A stretch of 64,000 bases of DNA from Amphiscolops sp. MND2022. Taxonomy: Eukaryota. This document shows positions 1-14,739 of the stretch, one piece after another. The DNA lies in contig OZ076412.1 in the NCBI GenBank assembly GCA_964187785.1, forward strand, positions 46,934,001-46,998,000, read 5' to 3'. Under the pieces are notes generated by a model. It was not told the DNA's origin, did no database searches, and saw only the letters and a program-made list of their open reading frames with translations. Numbering within the stretch: position 1 is the stretch's first letter; every line of letters begins with the position of its first letter. Both the position numbers and the translations under genes were made by a program.

Positions 1-55
1 CAATTTAAGTTTTGTAGTTTTTGATATTTTTTTTGACGCGGGGTATAGTTAGCCT

Positions 56-170
56 TTGCATGATCTTGCATGGCCATGGTATCCTTGCCAAGATCATGAC
101 AAGATCATGGCAAGATCTTGGCAAGGCTAGCAAGGAACTTGCCATGGATCTTTGGCAACGGTACCATGGC
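56..170. repeat. Short degenerate minisatellite built from CAAGATC / CATG / GGCAA words, with local palindromes (e.g. CAAGATCTTG)
   Basis: Repeated words seen directly in the sequence. Confidence 0.6.
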
Positions 171-3100
171 TTCGAACAGTGGGAAGAAACATTGTCCATA
201 AGTGCGTCACTTATTTTCTTAATATTTTGACATATAAGTTAAACAACTCACGAATAGCATCACGGTGTTAGTATTTTGCACTTTAAATGTGCGAATTTTA
301 TATATAAACTTGGAAAGATATAAAGATTCTAACCATGCGGATGAACTTGCGAGGTGGTAAGAAGAATTCGTTAGGGAACTGTTAACAGATAAGTTCACTT
401 CAATTACGTCACAATTGGTACTTGTGAGGGAGTGAGATCCGTTGCTGTTGATGGAATTTGATGTGAAAAGCACTTAAATTGCCGCATACCTTCGACCTCT
501 CTCTTGTATTTTAAAAATTCATTCCTTCTGAAATTGAATTCCAACGAGCTGACCAAAATTCCTTTTCTAGAAGTATTGCTTAAAAAATTGACTCTAAAAA
601 TGTAGTTTCAATTGGCAGCATAGTTATCAAAATTATTTGCGAGAACAAGCGGGAAAATTCTTTGAACGACTAAATTGCAACATCGTTATACAAACCGTAG
701 TTTCCATCTTTACAGTCAAAGCGATCAATTCTGATATCAAACAAACTGGATCAGATCTGTATTTTATAAAATCCGCAAATGAAATGTGTTTTTTATGTCT
801 TTTTGCTTATTGTGATTAACAAAGATATTTTTTACACATTGCCTCATCAAGTTTCGATGAATTGTGTATTTTAACGATCATGGAACGTAATCAAAATATA
901 ACGATCCATTTTATGAAATTTTATAGCCACGAAACTACTAAAATCGGTCGAGATTGAAGAGAATGCCGGACCCTGGTTGAGAAAAAACGCACTCTATGGT
1001 ACAAAGACAGCTAATATAACAAGTGATAATTTTAAAACGCATTCTTTCTTAGGATATGCATATGACAAAAAAGCCCCAGTTTCTCAGATTTTTATGAAAA
1101 TTACAACGGATAGAAATATAAAACGATGTATCACATGTTTCAAGAAAATTGAAATTAGTGAAAAGCAAAATTAGAAAAATATTGAATTCAAGCTGTAGCA
1201 GATCTGAGTTGCCCAGGTATGAAAAATGCCCAATTGGCTTCGTCGGTTTGTTCCAGCACATTTTTGTTCCAGGGCAAAGCAATACATTTGGCACCAGGTT
1301 GACTGCCGGAGTGTCTTTCAACAAGCAATAACGATTACATTGCTCCAGTCTTGAATTGGCCAGGTTTACTTTCGATTAATTTGTTTTCACATTTTGTTTA
1401 ATTCAAATTTACTTTCGATCATTGAGTTGGTCGTGGAAAATTTCAGTTTGGCCGTTTGGCAACTATCGCAGTTCATCCGCATTCCCGGTGCACTGCCGGA
1501 AACGGCTCAAGTCGGCGCCCCGCTCAAGGTTAAAAAACGAAAACGCGTAAAACTGGGAGACCGCTTTTCCCCCAACTGGAAACATCAAAAATTGAATTTT
1601 CAAAAAACAATGAATTTCAGAAATAGGCCCCTCCGGGGCTCAGTACTACTTCTACTTTAGTCTTTCATTAATGAAAGAATCATAACTGGAACACTCTGTT
1701 TAATCATTATTTAGCGCACAATTAACCACTGTACAAGTTTACACCGCCTTTAATTCTTCTCGGACTAAAGAAAATATAACTACTAAGCGTAGACGAAGTT
1801 TCGCGTTCGAATTTGAATGCAGGCGAAGCTCTCCGTGAACGAATAATTAACACTCATTCGCTTCATCTCAGAAGCTCGGGGCAACGAAAGCACAATTACG
1901 AACATTCGCTAGCTTCATCTCAATGACGTCAGCATTCGAATGGATAATTACCACTCGCTCGTTCCATCGCACTAGAATTGAAATGTCGTCGGCAGCTTGA
2001 GAAATTCAATTCCCACGCGTACAGTCACTGCCGAACATAATATCTGAACTATTCAGTATCACGACAAGAATTGTACTGAACAAAAAAGTAGACAGTTTGG
2101 GATTTCAATAATATTCCTGCTAAAGCAGAAATTAAAAAAACATTTATACCCAAAGGAACAGTCCCATAGTACCGAAAAAGGAGCTATCTAACAGAAACGA
2201 ATACAAATAAAAACCAAAAGTCAAATTTATTCAAGCAACCCAGAGATTTCGTCGTCTGGGGTCATAGCTGTGCGCTCAGACTAAAAAATCACTGCTCCTC
2301 GGACTTTCGGTCTCATGTGATAAGGTTACTATGAAGGAATGCAGACAACATCGTGGCTGTCAGCCTTGGGCGATGAACAATAACAAAATGCTTCTAAACA
2401 GTTGGGAAACACTCTTTGCTTGGTGAGGTTTGATGGCATTGTCACAGGCGTCCGCCTGCAATGGCAACTGGTATTCAATTACCTATAACTTTGACTGAGC
2501 CCTACCCGGAACAATTCCATTGGACTAAAGGGCGTATAGACTTTTACAAACACAATTTATTTTCAATAATAATATAAGTATTCGCAGTTATAAGGTTGCT
2601 AATTTTGTAATTTGTGCGTTTTGTTTCATAAATATACTAAAATTGTGCTAATAATTGGACACCAAGGCGAACAGGCAAAAGAAACGGGTTCAAATGTTTC
2701 CTTCCCTGTCGCCGCAGACAGCGAGTCCCATTTTTTTATCAGCCAAACACAATCGATTATTCAATAATATAGCGATGCAGTTGTTTGTACATTAATTAAA
2801 GGCCAAGTACGGCTACGCGTCTCACTGAGACGGATAATTGAGGCAGTTGGCCGGACAAGGCCTCTTTTGAATTTGGATGAAAGTTGCCCACATTATATGA
2901 AATGAATTACTAGTATGATGCTTTTACTTATCAGAATAACATTAAAACCTTCCCACTTTCAGTTTTGAGCTGAAATATATTCGGACCAACAGAACTTCTG
3001 TCCTATGTAATATTAATACGCCATGTATTAGAACTTGTATTCAGCCAAATGTTGACGCTAGATGTATACGTTTGTGTTGTTGTCTGGATAGGTATTTTGT

Positions 3101-4208
3101 TGATGAAGCGCTCTTTCAAGGCTACATTAACAATTCTTTGCCGCTATGTTTTGATGTCTATTTTTAGAAGGATTGTGTCATCATGATGCTATTTTTAACA
3201 GTTTCTGATCAAACAAAAGCTGAATGATGTGTAATGGCACCCTCTGAGACAGCAAAATTAGTCGATATTGGAATTTTGGAATTTTGACCCGTTTAGAAAT
3301 TTTGTCAGAAATTCTAATTCGATGTTTGACGTGGCACTGAGCATGTGATTGCTCTTTTCGCTGTTTCAACGAAATTAGCAGGTACTTCGACAACAAAGAG
3401 CAAGATCGAGAAAAAACATAAGGCCAGCCGCCCGAACAGACGCCAGAGACTGCAAAAACCTCTGAAATTAGACTCTTTTGAAAGTGTAAACCTTGTTTTC
3501 AACAGTATGCTACCTTAAGTATTGAAAACCGTAAAATTGAGTCTTTTCGTCTAATTCACAAATCTGTGCCTGTGGTGCCCCAGCTTGCGAGCTGAACAAA
3601 TGTGGATGTTGCCAAATCGCTGTTGTGGACGAAATTGCTGTACATTGCTGTAAGTTTATGGCTACTTTGACAATTTTAGATCTTATTTCGTAATTTTAGA
3701 TATTATTCCCCAAGTCATCCTGAATATTGAAAATTTAACATAATTTCCTTTCGGAACGTTTTTAAAGGCTGTCTAAGTGATGGTTTTGAAGAAAAAGCGT
3801 AATTCGCGCTACTGACAGCAATTAAAGACTGGATCAGGCCGGCGAGCACTTCACAAGAAGCGGAATCCTCCTCTGACGGGACAGTTTTTACCCGAAAGAG
3901 GCAAAATGAGCTCATGGTCATGGGCGCCTGTCCCGGGCAAATACCCATGCCATGTGTTCCTCCCACTCTCATGGCCACGGCGACAGTGGTGAGAGCTTGT
4001 CGCTACAATGTTCTGTATTTGGGATGTCATCCTAGTCTAGCTTTAAATAACCGGGACACGAGGTTCCAAGTACAATAATTTTTCAAGTTGCAATAACATC
4101 AGTTGCTACTCTTTGTAGCTCACTGAACAAAACTTGTTAATAACGAAAGCTGTTAATAATATTTGCTAGAGCAATTCAAATATTTCGTCTAGCACGAACA
4201 TTTATGCC

Positions 4209-4499
4209 TTGGACAAAGAGACAAAACCCAAACGGAAAAAGTCTACCGAAATGGATATGATGTCTGATTTTGACAACATGGATTTGATGATTGGAAATGA
4301 CAGTATTAATCCCATTGAAACAGAACTAGCGAATATACTTGAAAGATCAGCAATTCATTATGAAACTGAGCCCGAATCCCTTTCTAGGAGAAATTCTTCT
4401 CAGGAGAATGAACTTAGAGATTTTGGTCTTGAAAACACAATTCCTAGGAAGGATAGATTCCTTGAATCCATGGAAAGATTCACAAATGAGATTAATTAG
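4209..4499 (+). pseudogene. Possible remnant of an LTR-encoded Gag N-terminal segment from another Gypsy-like family
   Basis: Basic N-terminus followed by an acidic/helical stretch, similar in composition to the LTR-embedded Gag N-termini of A and B. No direct alignment and no downstream gag-pol. Confidence 0.25.
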
Positions 4500-5918
4500 A
4501 TGTTTGTCAGTCACGACCCGCTCCCAGTTGTTGTTTTTCTTGCTGTGCTGGCATACCAGGGTTCACGAGAAGACTTGGACTTGGTTATAGCGAGTACTTT
4601 TAAAACTATGGTTCCAATAAACAACTCAAATTTTACTTACAGTACAGCTAAACAATCTTGTGGACAATTTTACTGGATAACAAAACTTACGTAAGCGGTA
4701 CGGAGTATTTTTAGAAATGATTTTGATCTAACTAAAATTTCCGGTCCAACATCCTACGCGTGATCCTTTTTTACTTCCGTTTCATCTTCTGAGATTCACA
4801 TACTGATCTAAATAGTAAAACAGAGAGGAAATCCGTAAGAGAAGTTCTGTTCTTTTTTTCCACCCTGAAAGGAAACATTAGGGATAAAATTTAACTCCCT
4901 AATCTCAACGGAATTCATACGATCCAAAATGAAAAACATACAGAATTTTGGAGTAGATTGTTTTCCAATATTAAAGTAGTTGTCAAAATTCACTTAAATT
5001 ACAGTCAAGTATGTTAAGAGAATAATTACAACGTTATGGCAACGTCACTCAGCGGAGCTAGTAACCGGTGTTTCAGTTTTTAGGGACCAAAACCGTCTCC
5101 CCTTGGCTGAGTTATTTCCACTCAGTCCAAAACGAATGATTTCTTTTGACGTCATCAGCTGAAAGGAAAAGATCGAACGCCTACGCTCTCGGATGTCTCT
5201 CCGTTTGCCGCTGTTCAGCTATACCTAATCTTAATACGTACAGAGACGTTACGGAGCAAACTGTAAGATTAAAATTGTAGCAGCGAGATGGCTTTTTGAG
5301 CTAGTTTTGGAAAGAATTCCTTCAGGAATAGAAAGTACACGACAAAAGCTGTACTGTAGGGGAGGATTGTGAAATTGTGTTCGAAATTTAAATGTTTTGG
5401 ATATGTACTGAAATTTTAATCACGGAATTCCGTTCGGTTCAACTTACGTTTTATGTGAAATTTCTAATAAATCCAATTTGGAAGCTTCACCTCAAATATG
5501 GTTCATGATTTAACAGAGAGAGGATCCCATCCAAACAAATGTAATTACATATCATGCGTTCTTGTTGAATCTCTAAATAAAAACAAAATTGTTGTATACA
5601 GGGTGACAAAATATTTTTGTAACTATTCGTGTCTTGGTGTTTTATACTCATTTACTATGAAGAGAATTTTGTTAGCCGCAAGGCTTCCGTTTGAAGTTGC
5701 TCAATTATACATGAATTTTGCAAATTTTGTCAAACTAAACGCATTTGCAATCTCCAGTAAACAACACTGGAACATGTAACATTTAGTATCATTTGTTCCC
5801 TTTCACGCATCTCGGTATTTCCTTCACTCTCGAACAGTTTCGTTCCGTTTCAGTTACGTCATCATTTTTGCGTGTCATTTTTTATCCTAATCTTCAAACT
5901 TTCCAACTTGGAAATTGA

Positions 5919-8900
5919 CTAATTGATCCCGCAGCTGTGATAAGTACGATGCAAAACCAAGAAAAAAAACTTGGTGAAGTTGATGGGGAAGTCGATTGCT
6001 TGTGTGAGTTGAGAGCGGCAGGAAATAGCATTGATTTGTTTATCGGGTATGGCTTGTTGCGAACAAGTTTGTACTTTGACGGTAGGCCAGTTTTCAGGCG
6101 TCTTCATTAGAAAAGATGGACCTGTAAACCAGCGGCAATGTTCAGTTAGATCGGCGATGGGTATGCCTTTCTAGCGTCATCAGCGGGGTTCATGTCGCCG
6201 GGACAGTGACGCCACTGATGTACAGCAGTTGTTTCGAGAATTTCGGAAACACGGTTTGCGATAGAATTTTGTCGTCGTTTATGTGAATTTCGGATCCATT
6301 GAATGACGGTGCTGCTATCGGACCAATAAAGTGTTTGAGTTATCGAAAAGGTTGATTCTCTCTTGACGAAGTTGGCGATACGCGTGCCAAGCACGGCTGC
6401 TTGGAGTTCGAGTTTTTTTAATTTCATGTTGCTTGGGAGGAGCAACACATGCTTTCCCTAAAAAATGTGGTTTAAAAAGTGTCAGTGATGGGTAAATCGT
6501 AAACGAAAAAAGCAACGGCTGCGAAAGCGGAGTACGAAGCGTCGCAAAACATGTGGAGAGACAATTGTGTCTAGTCATGTTTGAATAAACGTCGAGATAA
6601 AATTCTGAAACGAAGAGTGTCCAGTTCTTGAACGAAGGCGTTGTAATCCGGCAGATCTTCGTTAGCGATTTGGTCATCCTATTTATAATTTTTTTTCCAG
6701 AGTGACTGTTGAATGATTCGCAAGCGAATGACAATACAATTGGTGCGGCTATTCCTTACAGATCGAATTGGGAGGAAATGATGCGGAGTACGGTAAGTTG
6801 GGACTGTGGAAGTTCCTTAAACTCGAAAAGTTTATGAACGTTGGCAGACACGGTGTCGTTTTCCAATGTTAACGGTATTCCTAAGATACGTTGTTCGGAG
6901 TGCGGTTTGTCGGTTGGCGATAGAGCACGATGTTCAGCGGGAACGGCTGTCAAGAAAATTTCATTTGTGGAGACCCATTTAGTGAAGTTGAAACCACCTT
7001 TTTGTAGCACACAGCGTAAATCTTCCATGTGCTGAATGGTTTCTGAGACAGTGTCTGTTGATAGGTAGAAGTCGTCCATATAGAAGTTTTTGTGAACAAG
7101 GCGCTGAACGGACGGGTAGGCAGATGCGTGGTCTTTGAGGCATGTCTGAAAAGCGTGATTAGGGCATGTATGCGAGCATTTTGCCCCGAAGACATGGCGG
7201 ACGTATTAGTTTGTTTCGGGAGCATCTGTTCCCCAGAGGAAACGAAGAAATTTTCGATCTCGTTGGCGGACCGAAACTTGCATGTACATTCCTTCGACTT
7301 CGGCGGAGATTGGGAACATCTTCTGACGAAAGCGTAAAGTCTCCCCAGCAAGGTTTGCGAGGAGGTCGGGACCTCTGAGGAGCATGTCATTGAGACACGT
7401 TCCTTTATAATTTGCGGCGGTGTTAGTTACTCAGCGGAGTTTTGCTTTGACATGACTATAAACACCATGCTCGGGAAGGATCCATCCAGTTGAAGGAGTT
7501 TCATTCCAGTTTACGAATGTATCCCTTTTCAATGTCTTTGTCAGTGGTGTCTTGGTACTTGGTTTGTAGATCGAGTTGTTGCGAGAGGCGATGTTTCATT
7601 TTTTTGAACTGTTGTATTGCAGCTGTGAAGTTATTCGGTAGCGAGGCATTGGGGTGCCAGAGAAGACCAACTTCGCAACCGCCAACCTTTAAGGTTGTTG
7701 TTCTCTGTACCGTTGACAGAGCGTGTCGTTCTTCTTTAGACATGGTGATTTCGGGCGAATTGACATAGTTTTCGGTTTTCCAAAAACTTACGAGGAGTTC
7801 GTAGAGTTGATCATCGTATGTCGCGGGGGCGTTAATGATTGTCGCGCGGAAAGTGAAATGTGATGAAGTTTGATCACCATCGACGATGGTCCACCCAAGT
7901 TTCGTTTGAAAGGCTCGACGTGAGTTGTTATGTTCTTTGATGACCAGTTCTGTTGTGATGAGGTCGAAGATACCGGGGAGCACTGTAACTGAGTTTTCGG
8001 GTAGTATCGGAGTGCTGACGTCTTCAAGATGTTGATCTTGTTGACAAATTAAGCTGAAAACTTATGGTTTAGTTGAATTGAGATTGAGATGATCGACAAC
8101 AAAAATGTTATGGAGGTTGAAAACTTCGTTGTTGTTTCGAAATGGATGAATTTTGATGTTTACAGGGTGGGCAGGATATTGAAGTCTTTGGTGAAGTCCT
8201 CCGATTAAAAGTTATTCTTACTTCTGATGAAAGGGCACGTGAAATTGTTCAGCGATGTTTTTCTGGAAGTAACTGCAATTACTCCCCATGTCCAAAAAGG
8301 CGTAGGTGCTGACAAACTTGTTGTTGAACTCTGAGACACCGGGACAGTGACAATAATGGAGTTTAAGTTCGTATTTTTGCTCCGAGACTGGTCTGGTGTG
8401 GTTGTTGCTGTGGTGTGAAATGGTTCTGTGAAATTGATTGGGGTAGTGCGTTTCGTTGCCTTGGATATTTTTGTCGTGTAAGGCAGTGTGATGTTTGCAT
8501 TGGCACTTCTTACACGTTACTCTTGACGGCAATCTTAGATGAAGTGAGATCCTAGACAGTTCAAGCACAAGTTGTGCTCTTGGAGGAGCTTCCTTTTGAC
8601 TCGCAGGGGAGACTCGAAGAAGATAGTGTAATGAGATGGGTGGTGTGATTGCTTGTCGAAAGGACATATCTGGTATGGTTGCTTTTGATTGGATGTCGAC
8701 GTGTTTGGTGCTCTGCTGATTTCTTTTGACTGTTGTTCTTGGTGCTTTGTTGTACGATTGTTGGTTGAAATGTTTGCGGGCATTTGATCGCAGGCATGGG
8801 CGAAATCACGTAACCAGGTGTTGAAAATGATGATGTTAAGCTGAGTGATGTGGTTCTGAATGACGTATTGTGACCATTGTAGTTTTTCTTTGTGTTGAAG

Positions 8901-9517
8901 TTTGTTCAAGACGAACTGAACATAGACTGTGGAATGGAGATCATGGTGAACACCTAGAGACTGAAAAATTTCCAATAAATTGTTCAGAAAGGTTGAAAAT
9001 TCAATGAAAGAGACTTTGTGATGTTTTGAGTGCGGTCTTTGTGCCTGTAGTTGGGCAAGAAAGTTGCTAACAATGATATCTGGACGTCTAAATTGTCACT
9101 TAAGTTCTTCCATTGCAGACTGGTACAGATCATTTCTTCATTGGCTTTCCCTTTTCCCAGTTGTCAGTGTTTGTATTTGCGTCATATTCTCGGCTACTGA
9201 AAGTGGTTGTTTGGCAGTCATCGTGGTGATGAGTCTATGCCATGTGTTTCATTTCATGGGATCTCCGGTGAAAGGGTCGATTTTTATCATTGGTCGTGAC
9301 ATTGGTAATGCTTAAACTTGCGGCGGATCGAAATTGTAGGTTGCAGTGAAGACGTTAAGTTCTGATGGGCGAATTGGTCACTTAACGAATAGGGAAATTG
9401 TGGCAATGCACTCGATGAAGGTTGATTGTTCTGACTAGTTGGTTGATTATGGCTAGAAGGTGGCTGTATCAGTGTATGTTTTCCTGGATCAATGTGTTGA
9501 TTCGTTTCTTTCAGCAT
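5919..9517 (-). pseudogene. Fragmented BEL/Pao gag-pol polyprotein (gag, PR, RT, RH)
   Basis: Domain motifs are spread over many short ORFs, indicating multiple frameshifts and stops. Confidence 0.85.
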
Positions 9518-10218
9518 TTGTTTGAATTTCTTGACTGTGTCATTGATTTCGTCCTGTAAGTAAAACTATTAAACTAGATAAAACTGATAATAGTCAGTGA
9601 TGTCTTCAGGCAAATGATCAACAAGATACATTTTCATCTAATCAGTCTCGGCAAAATGATCTTTCAAACTGCGTTGTGCCTGTTGGAGGTTAAAACAATA
9701 GTATTTTTCTTCGACTGCAGGAAAGATTGCGTTGCTTAGACGCCGAATTTTAGCGAAAACAAAGTTTCGTTGACTGTTGGAAGGCTTGGATTGTTGGCTT
9801 GGCATGACTGAATAACCTAAACTGAGAAAACAGCGCAGCAGAGAAAACATGGGGGCAAACTAAGTAAACTGTGTGAATTGTAAACAACAAAGCAAGCAAA
9901 TATAACAAAATGAAACAAAGAACTATGTTTAAGCCAGTATGGAGTGTCAAAACTAGGCACACTAGAAAACCTGAGCTCAACAATCTAATAACCTAAGCTT
10001 AGTCTAGAGAGAATTTAAGTAACTAGAAAAACTAGTAAGTTCAGACTAGGGTGAAGTTTAGAAACTAGGCAAGCTAGAGAACTTAAGATCTTATGTGAGA
10101 AACTGTAAAATTAGGAGTAGCAAGCAATGTGATTTTAATTTGTTCAAGTAGCAAGCAATGTGATTTGTTTTTATCCTTGAGTTTGAAGGGTGTAGTTTGA
10201 ATCCAGTTGCTGCAGAAT

Positions 10219-10228
10219 TTGGGCGCCA
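10219..10228 (-). promoter_or_regulatory. Candidate primer-binding site of element D (TGGCGCCCAA, tRNA-Lys-like)
   Basis: TGG-starting 10-mer directly after a CA, upstream of gag. It matches the start of the well-known tRNA-Lys PBS. Confidence 0.5.
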
Positions 10229-13200
10229 TGATAATTTCTTGCTGGTAATTTTTCACTTTCTTTCTCTAAAAGAATTATTGGAATTGTCAAGAATGTAAGT
10301 TTATTAAGTTTACTTTTGAGTCTTTGCTTGGGTGGTTGTTGGTGGTGATTGTTGAAAAACCAAAGATTGAGTCAGTCTTGTGAATGAAAAGTCGTAATGC
10401 AAAGTTGTAATTGTAGTGAGTCATTGACTTCTCCATTACAGGATCTTCTGGATGAAAAAAGAACCTCATCACTTTCGGGAATGTTATCTTGAGGTGGTAC
10501 CTGAGTACATCGACCATTCCGAACGTATTACAGGCTTTACTCGAAGTGTGTGGTGGGATCTGTTATGTTGTGTTTTTGAAAATGTGATTCTTCCTGCTCT
10601 GAAGTCAGCGACCCAGATCTGCTCCAAAAGATTGGATAATTTATCGGAGATGAATTGTTAGTAGAAGGAAAACTCTGATCTAGATTCAGTTGATGGCACC
10701 TTGGAGGAAAAATTCAAAACTTTGGCAAAGAAAAATTGTTTCAAACTAACCTGGGTTTTTCAAGATTGAATGGTAAGGAACGGAAGCGATTTGTCTGAAC
10801 AGTTAAACATACTGCACAGTCAATGCAAATGACAAAAGAAAAAAAAACATTCTAGAAGGCAGCAACAAAAATTTGGGGCCGCCATCGGGAATATGCAATT
10901 CTGTTTTGTTTGACAAAGTGCTCCAGAAACGATCCATCAATGTCCATCAAACATTTACTTTTAACGATTTGTTCATAGTGATGGTGTTACAACATCCCCA
11001 ATAAATGTTGATAGTGAAGGTGAAAACACAAAAAACCGTTTGACATTCCTTTGTTTTTCAGGTTCTGAGCTTAGTAAGTTTTCAGAAATGAATGAGATTA
11101 CGAAGACGCCGTCGGCATGCATAGGCATCGCCGAAGACAAGCATTTATTCGTTTATGTGAAAATTTGAATTTTATCCAGCTAGAGATAGAATGCAGACTT
11201 TTGACGCCGTTATCGTTCTGTTCCAGTGTCACCTCTTCGTAATATCAGCTCAGTTACTGGACGTTGTAATGCTCCTCAAAGTAGCACACGATAAGAGGAT
11301 GGTTTCCTGACGAAGCTGAATATAAAGTTGATGAGAAGCTCTAGGAGAAACTGTCCTTAGAGGTTAGGAAAAACAGTGTCTAATGGAACTTTAAGGATGA
11401 TAAAGTTGTTTGCCACCCAAAAACCTTCCACAAATACCTCTCCTGGACAAAGTTTGAACGTAGAAATGGGTTTCTCTGGCAGTAATATTCAGGGATTGAA
11501 CAAGGTTACATTTGAAAGGAGCAGCTCGCAGAGCACGAACTTAGACATAGGGAAACATGTGAGAGTGAATGATTTTTTGTCTTATCCGTTTCCAACTCAA
11601 AAATATTGGTGATACAAAAAAGCTTCATACTTAGGAAACGCAAGACAAAACATGGAAGTTTGCTGAATTGTTTCTTCATGTAGTCGACTTATCGGGGAAA
11701 CCACTGATAACAATGGAAGTTTTGGAGACTCCAACAACGCTTGATAAACAGTTTGAATAAGTATCGAAGAGTATAAAAGGACCTCCAAAGTGGAGAGAAA
11801 ACTACTACAACTCATCATCAAGCATCAAGTCTTTGATTTCATAGCCTCGGTGTTTTGCAGAACTTCCAGAATTGTGGCTCATTTTTTCAATATCCATTTG
11901 TCTTGTGTCGTGAATACAAGAAATTAAAACTCACGTCTGAAGTTTCATGGACCCACACGTTTGACCTTTTTTGTGTTGGATAATCTTTTTGTTTCGCATT
12001 GCCAAAAGCGTACCTGTCGTAGAAATGCTATTAAGTTTTTAAATAAGTTGAGTTTCAAACCTGCATAACATCAGATCCGACTAAAAAGACACCATGTGAG
12101 AGAATTAGGATTTGTCCACAGCCCTACTTTGTGACCAGAAAAACTACCTTCTTTTATACTCGGTTGTTGCTTGACTGAATGGAAATAAAATGTTCCACTT
12201 TTGTTTATCTCTCTGTCTCAACAACCAAAGTACTTTAGTGTCCGAGACGTTATTTTTAGTTTTTAGTCAGCCCTCTGTGAATGTTCGGTTGTTTCATGTT
12301 CGGATGTTTCATTTTCGTGTCACATTTTTAACGTAAATTAGTAATCGCAATATGACAAAAGATGGGTTTTCGCTCAACCCCCCTAGAGTGCCACGTTTTT
12401 CTACTACTGGCGTGATATAGCCGCTGAAGACAATCGAATAATTGAGTACAGTATGTATGTCTTTTGGGTGCAAAGTTCTTCTACTTGTGCCAGTTAGGGG
12501 TTCCAAAAGGGCGGAAAAGACATTGCCTGTATTGATAAGTTTGATTAGCTCCTGGGTATCATTGTTTAGTTTGAAAAAAATCCGGGAAATCTGTTTCTAC
12601 AAGCTTGCGTTCGATGAACGTTGAAACATTTAATGGTTTGTTTCAATTATGTCTGCAAAGACGACGTTACCCGGGCTAAATTAGTATTGTCGCAGCCCCA
12701 GCAGTGCTGCGAGACTCCAAACATCAGAGGAACGCCTAAGGAAGAAAACGGAGAAGATGACCGAGGAGAAATTAACAAATCACCATAAAACCTGAAAAGA
12801 AACAACCAACAAGGAACTATTGATATGAATAAAAAACTATATAAAATTACAATTAATGATAATAACACCATTCTGCAGTACCTGAATTACATACTTATGT
12901 AAATAATTATATGTTAAAAAGTGCGTTTTTTACAGTCATACAGCTAGCGCGTTGACTGGAGTGCTGCCCCAACGGCAGCGGCTAACAGCAAATAGTCATA
13001 TTTGATTTTATTTATTAACCAATCTGCGTCGAGCGCAACTGACAATAATAATGAAGCAACCTCCCAGTCAGCATACCAGTTGAGCAAAGCTGGGACGCAC
13101 TCTCAGTCGCTCGACTGAAAAATCCAAAATGTGAAGTTAATCAAACAATGCTAAATATAAGTTTAATAGTATTACAGAGCTTGAAAGAAGCTTACTCCCA

Positions 13201-14395
13201 GAAAAAACGTCGAAAGTAAATCTAAGGAATATTATTAGTGATGATTCGATGCTATGAAAATATTCTCATCAATTTCAAAACTGGGTCAACCGCCTGGGCA
13301 GCCAGCTAAAATATTCTGGCTAGATCGACAGCCGGGGCAACCTATCAGTTCAAATGGGTAGACGAATGCATCATTGTGTTGTTAACCATTGACTATTCCA
13401 CCTACTGTGCGCTGTTGTGTTAAACTAAACATGTTCATAATATTCCATGCGATTTGGCCATATAAGTTGATGTTGTTTGAAATTGAATCTGAGTCAACCA
13501 TCATGGTGACCAACATGTAATTGCAAATAAATCACTTTTCACTAACGAATCCGAGTGGAATTGTTCATGTAATCAGTTAAATCACGAGCCTTGAGAAGTA
13601 CCTTAGTTCATATCCGTTGCCTTTGACCATCTTTCGTATTTATTCAAACCCCACCACCAGTAATTTGGGTCATCACTCTGGACAACTATCCAAACTTCGT
13701 CGATCTTGTACAATTACCTGGCTCACGACCAGAATCTGTCCTGGCAATCTTGTCCAGAATGTTAATTGCTTGAACTAATGTCGATGTTTGAAATTTATTT
13801 AATTGTCAATCATTTTTATTGAGTGCAGTTCTGTGACCCAATGGATTGGAACTTTTTTATCGAGGAAATTTTCATTTCCTTTTCCCGCTTCAATAGCTAG
13901 TTTCATGAATTTCAGTGCCAATTTTGACTCGGCGTCTTGAATAGGCGGGGAATGAAGATGATAGGGACGCGGAATTGGGAAGCGGCAGGAAGTTGATTTC
14001 CACTTTTCCTTAAAAGTGAGATGAAGCCGAATGCCGAGTTCCGAGGAAGGTTACCTTATTTGGATTTCCCCGCTTTGGAAAATACGCCGAGTTGAACGAG
14101 GTGTGAATTCACGCGCGAGGTTTTTAACGCGTGTCTAGCTTAAAGTATATATTCCTGGAGCGGGATTAGGAAAGGACACTATTTTATTTTCAATTCTCGA
14201 GTAAACTTGAATTCGTTAAGTGATAAAGCCCAATGCCATTGCCTTAAACTTCCTACTTTGATCAGTTCCCATCTTTTGTTTGTATTACTATGGTTTCAAG
14301 CAGTAGTTTGCCAGTTGACAGACTGAATTGTTCCTCTGCTTCTGAAGGATCACTCGTATAACTAAACTGTTACCTGGAACTTGTTTTCGTCCAAA

Positions 14396-14739
14396 TTATG
14401 CCGGAAAAATCTCACAGGGTGAGCTAAGAAGGACCCTTCAAGTAGCCACTCAGATGTGGAAGTAACAAATTTGTCTAACGATGATAAACTCCAGTTGTCG
14501 GAACGAGATTTCGAAAATATCTTGAACAAAATCGAAAACAAGATTTCTAAGCGTTTACGAGATGCTGAATTTGGTCAAAGAGAAATGTTAAGGCTGATTG
14601 AGAATTTATCCTCCAAGGTAGATAACCTGTCCAGCACTTCGCCAGAACAAGGATGTTCAGCTGTTAGAATCGAACATAACGAAAATGCTCGGGAAGAGGT
14701 AGCTGAAACTAACTTTTCAAATAATCTAAACTCCAACAA
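14396..14739 (+). pseudogene. Possible remnant of an LTR-embedded Gag N-terminal coiled-coil ORF (solo-LTR-like)
   Basis: Heptad-like helical stretch (LNKIENKISKRL...LIENLSSKVDNL) downstream of a GC-richer, TATA-containing segment; coding character ends near ...CTCCAACA. No TSD found. Confidence 0.25.

Larger units (their letters stand above)
5919..10440 (-). mobile_element. Degenerate, 3'-truncated BEL/Pao LTR retrotransposon (element D)
   Basis: Minus-strand fragments in BEL order: gag with Cys/His knuckles (8535-9517), protease YAFLDMGSNCSY (about 8300), RT MDDFYLS (6756-7079), Pao RNase H WSDSSTVIQWI and WRHCPGDMNPAD (6146-6448). No integrase found. Candidate 5' LTR at 10229-10440 (TGTAAT...ATTATCA) followed by TGGCGCCCAA. 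Confidence 0.85.

Noticed and set aside
10452-11830. Short ORFs as host exons (also 3715-3978 and 15714-15926)
   Set aside because: No recognisable domain, frequent stops, and no consistent splice chain that I could build.
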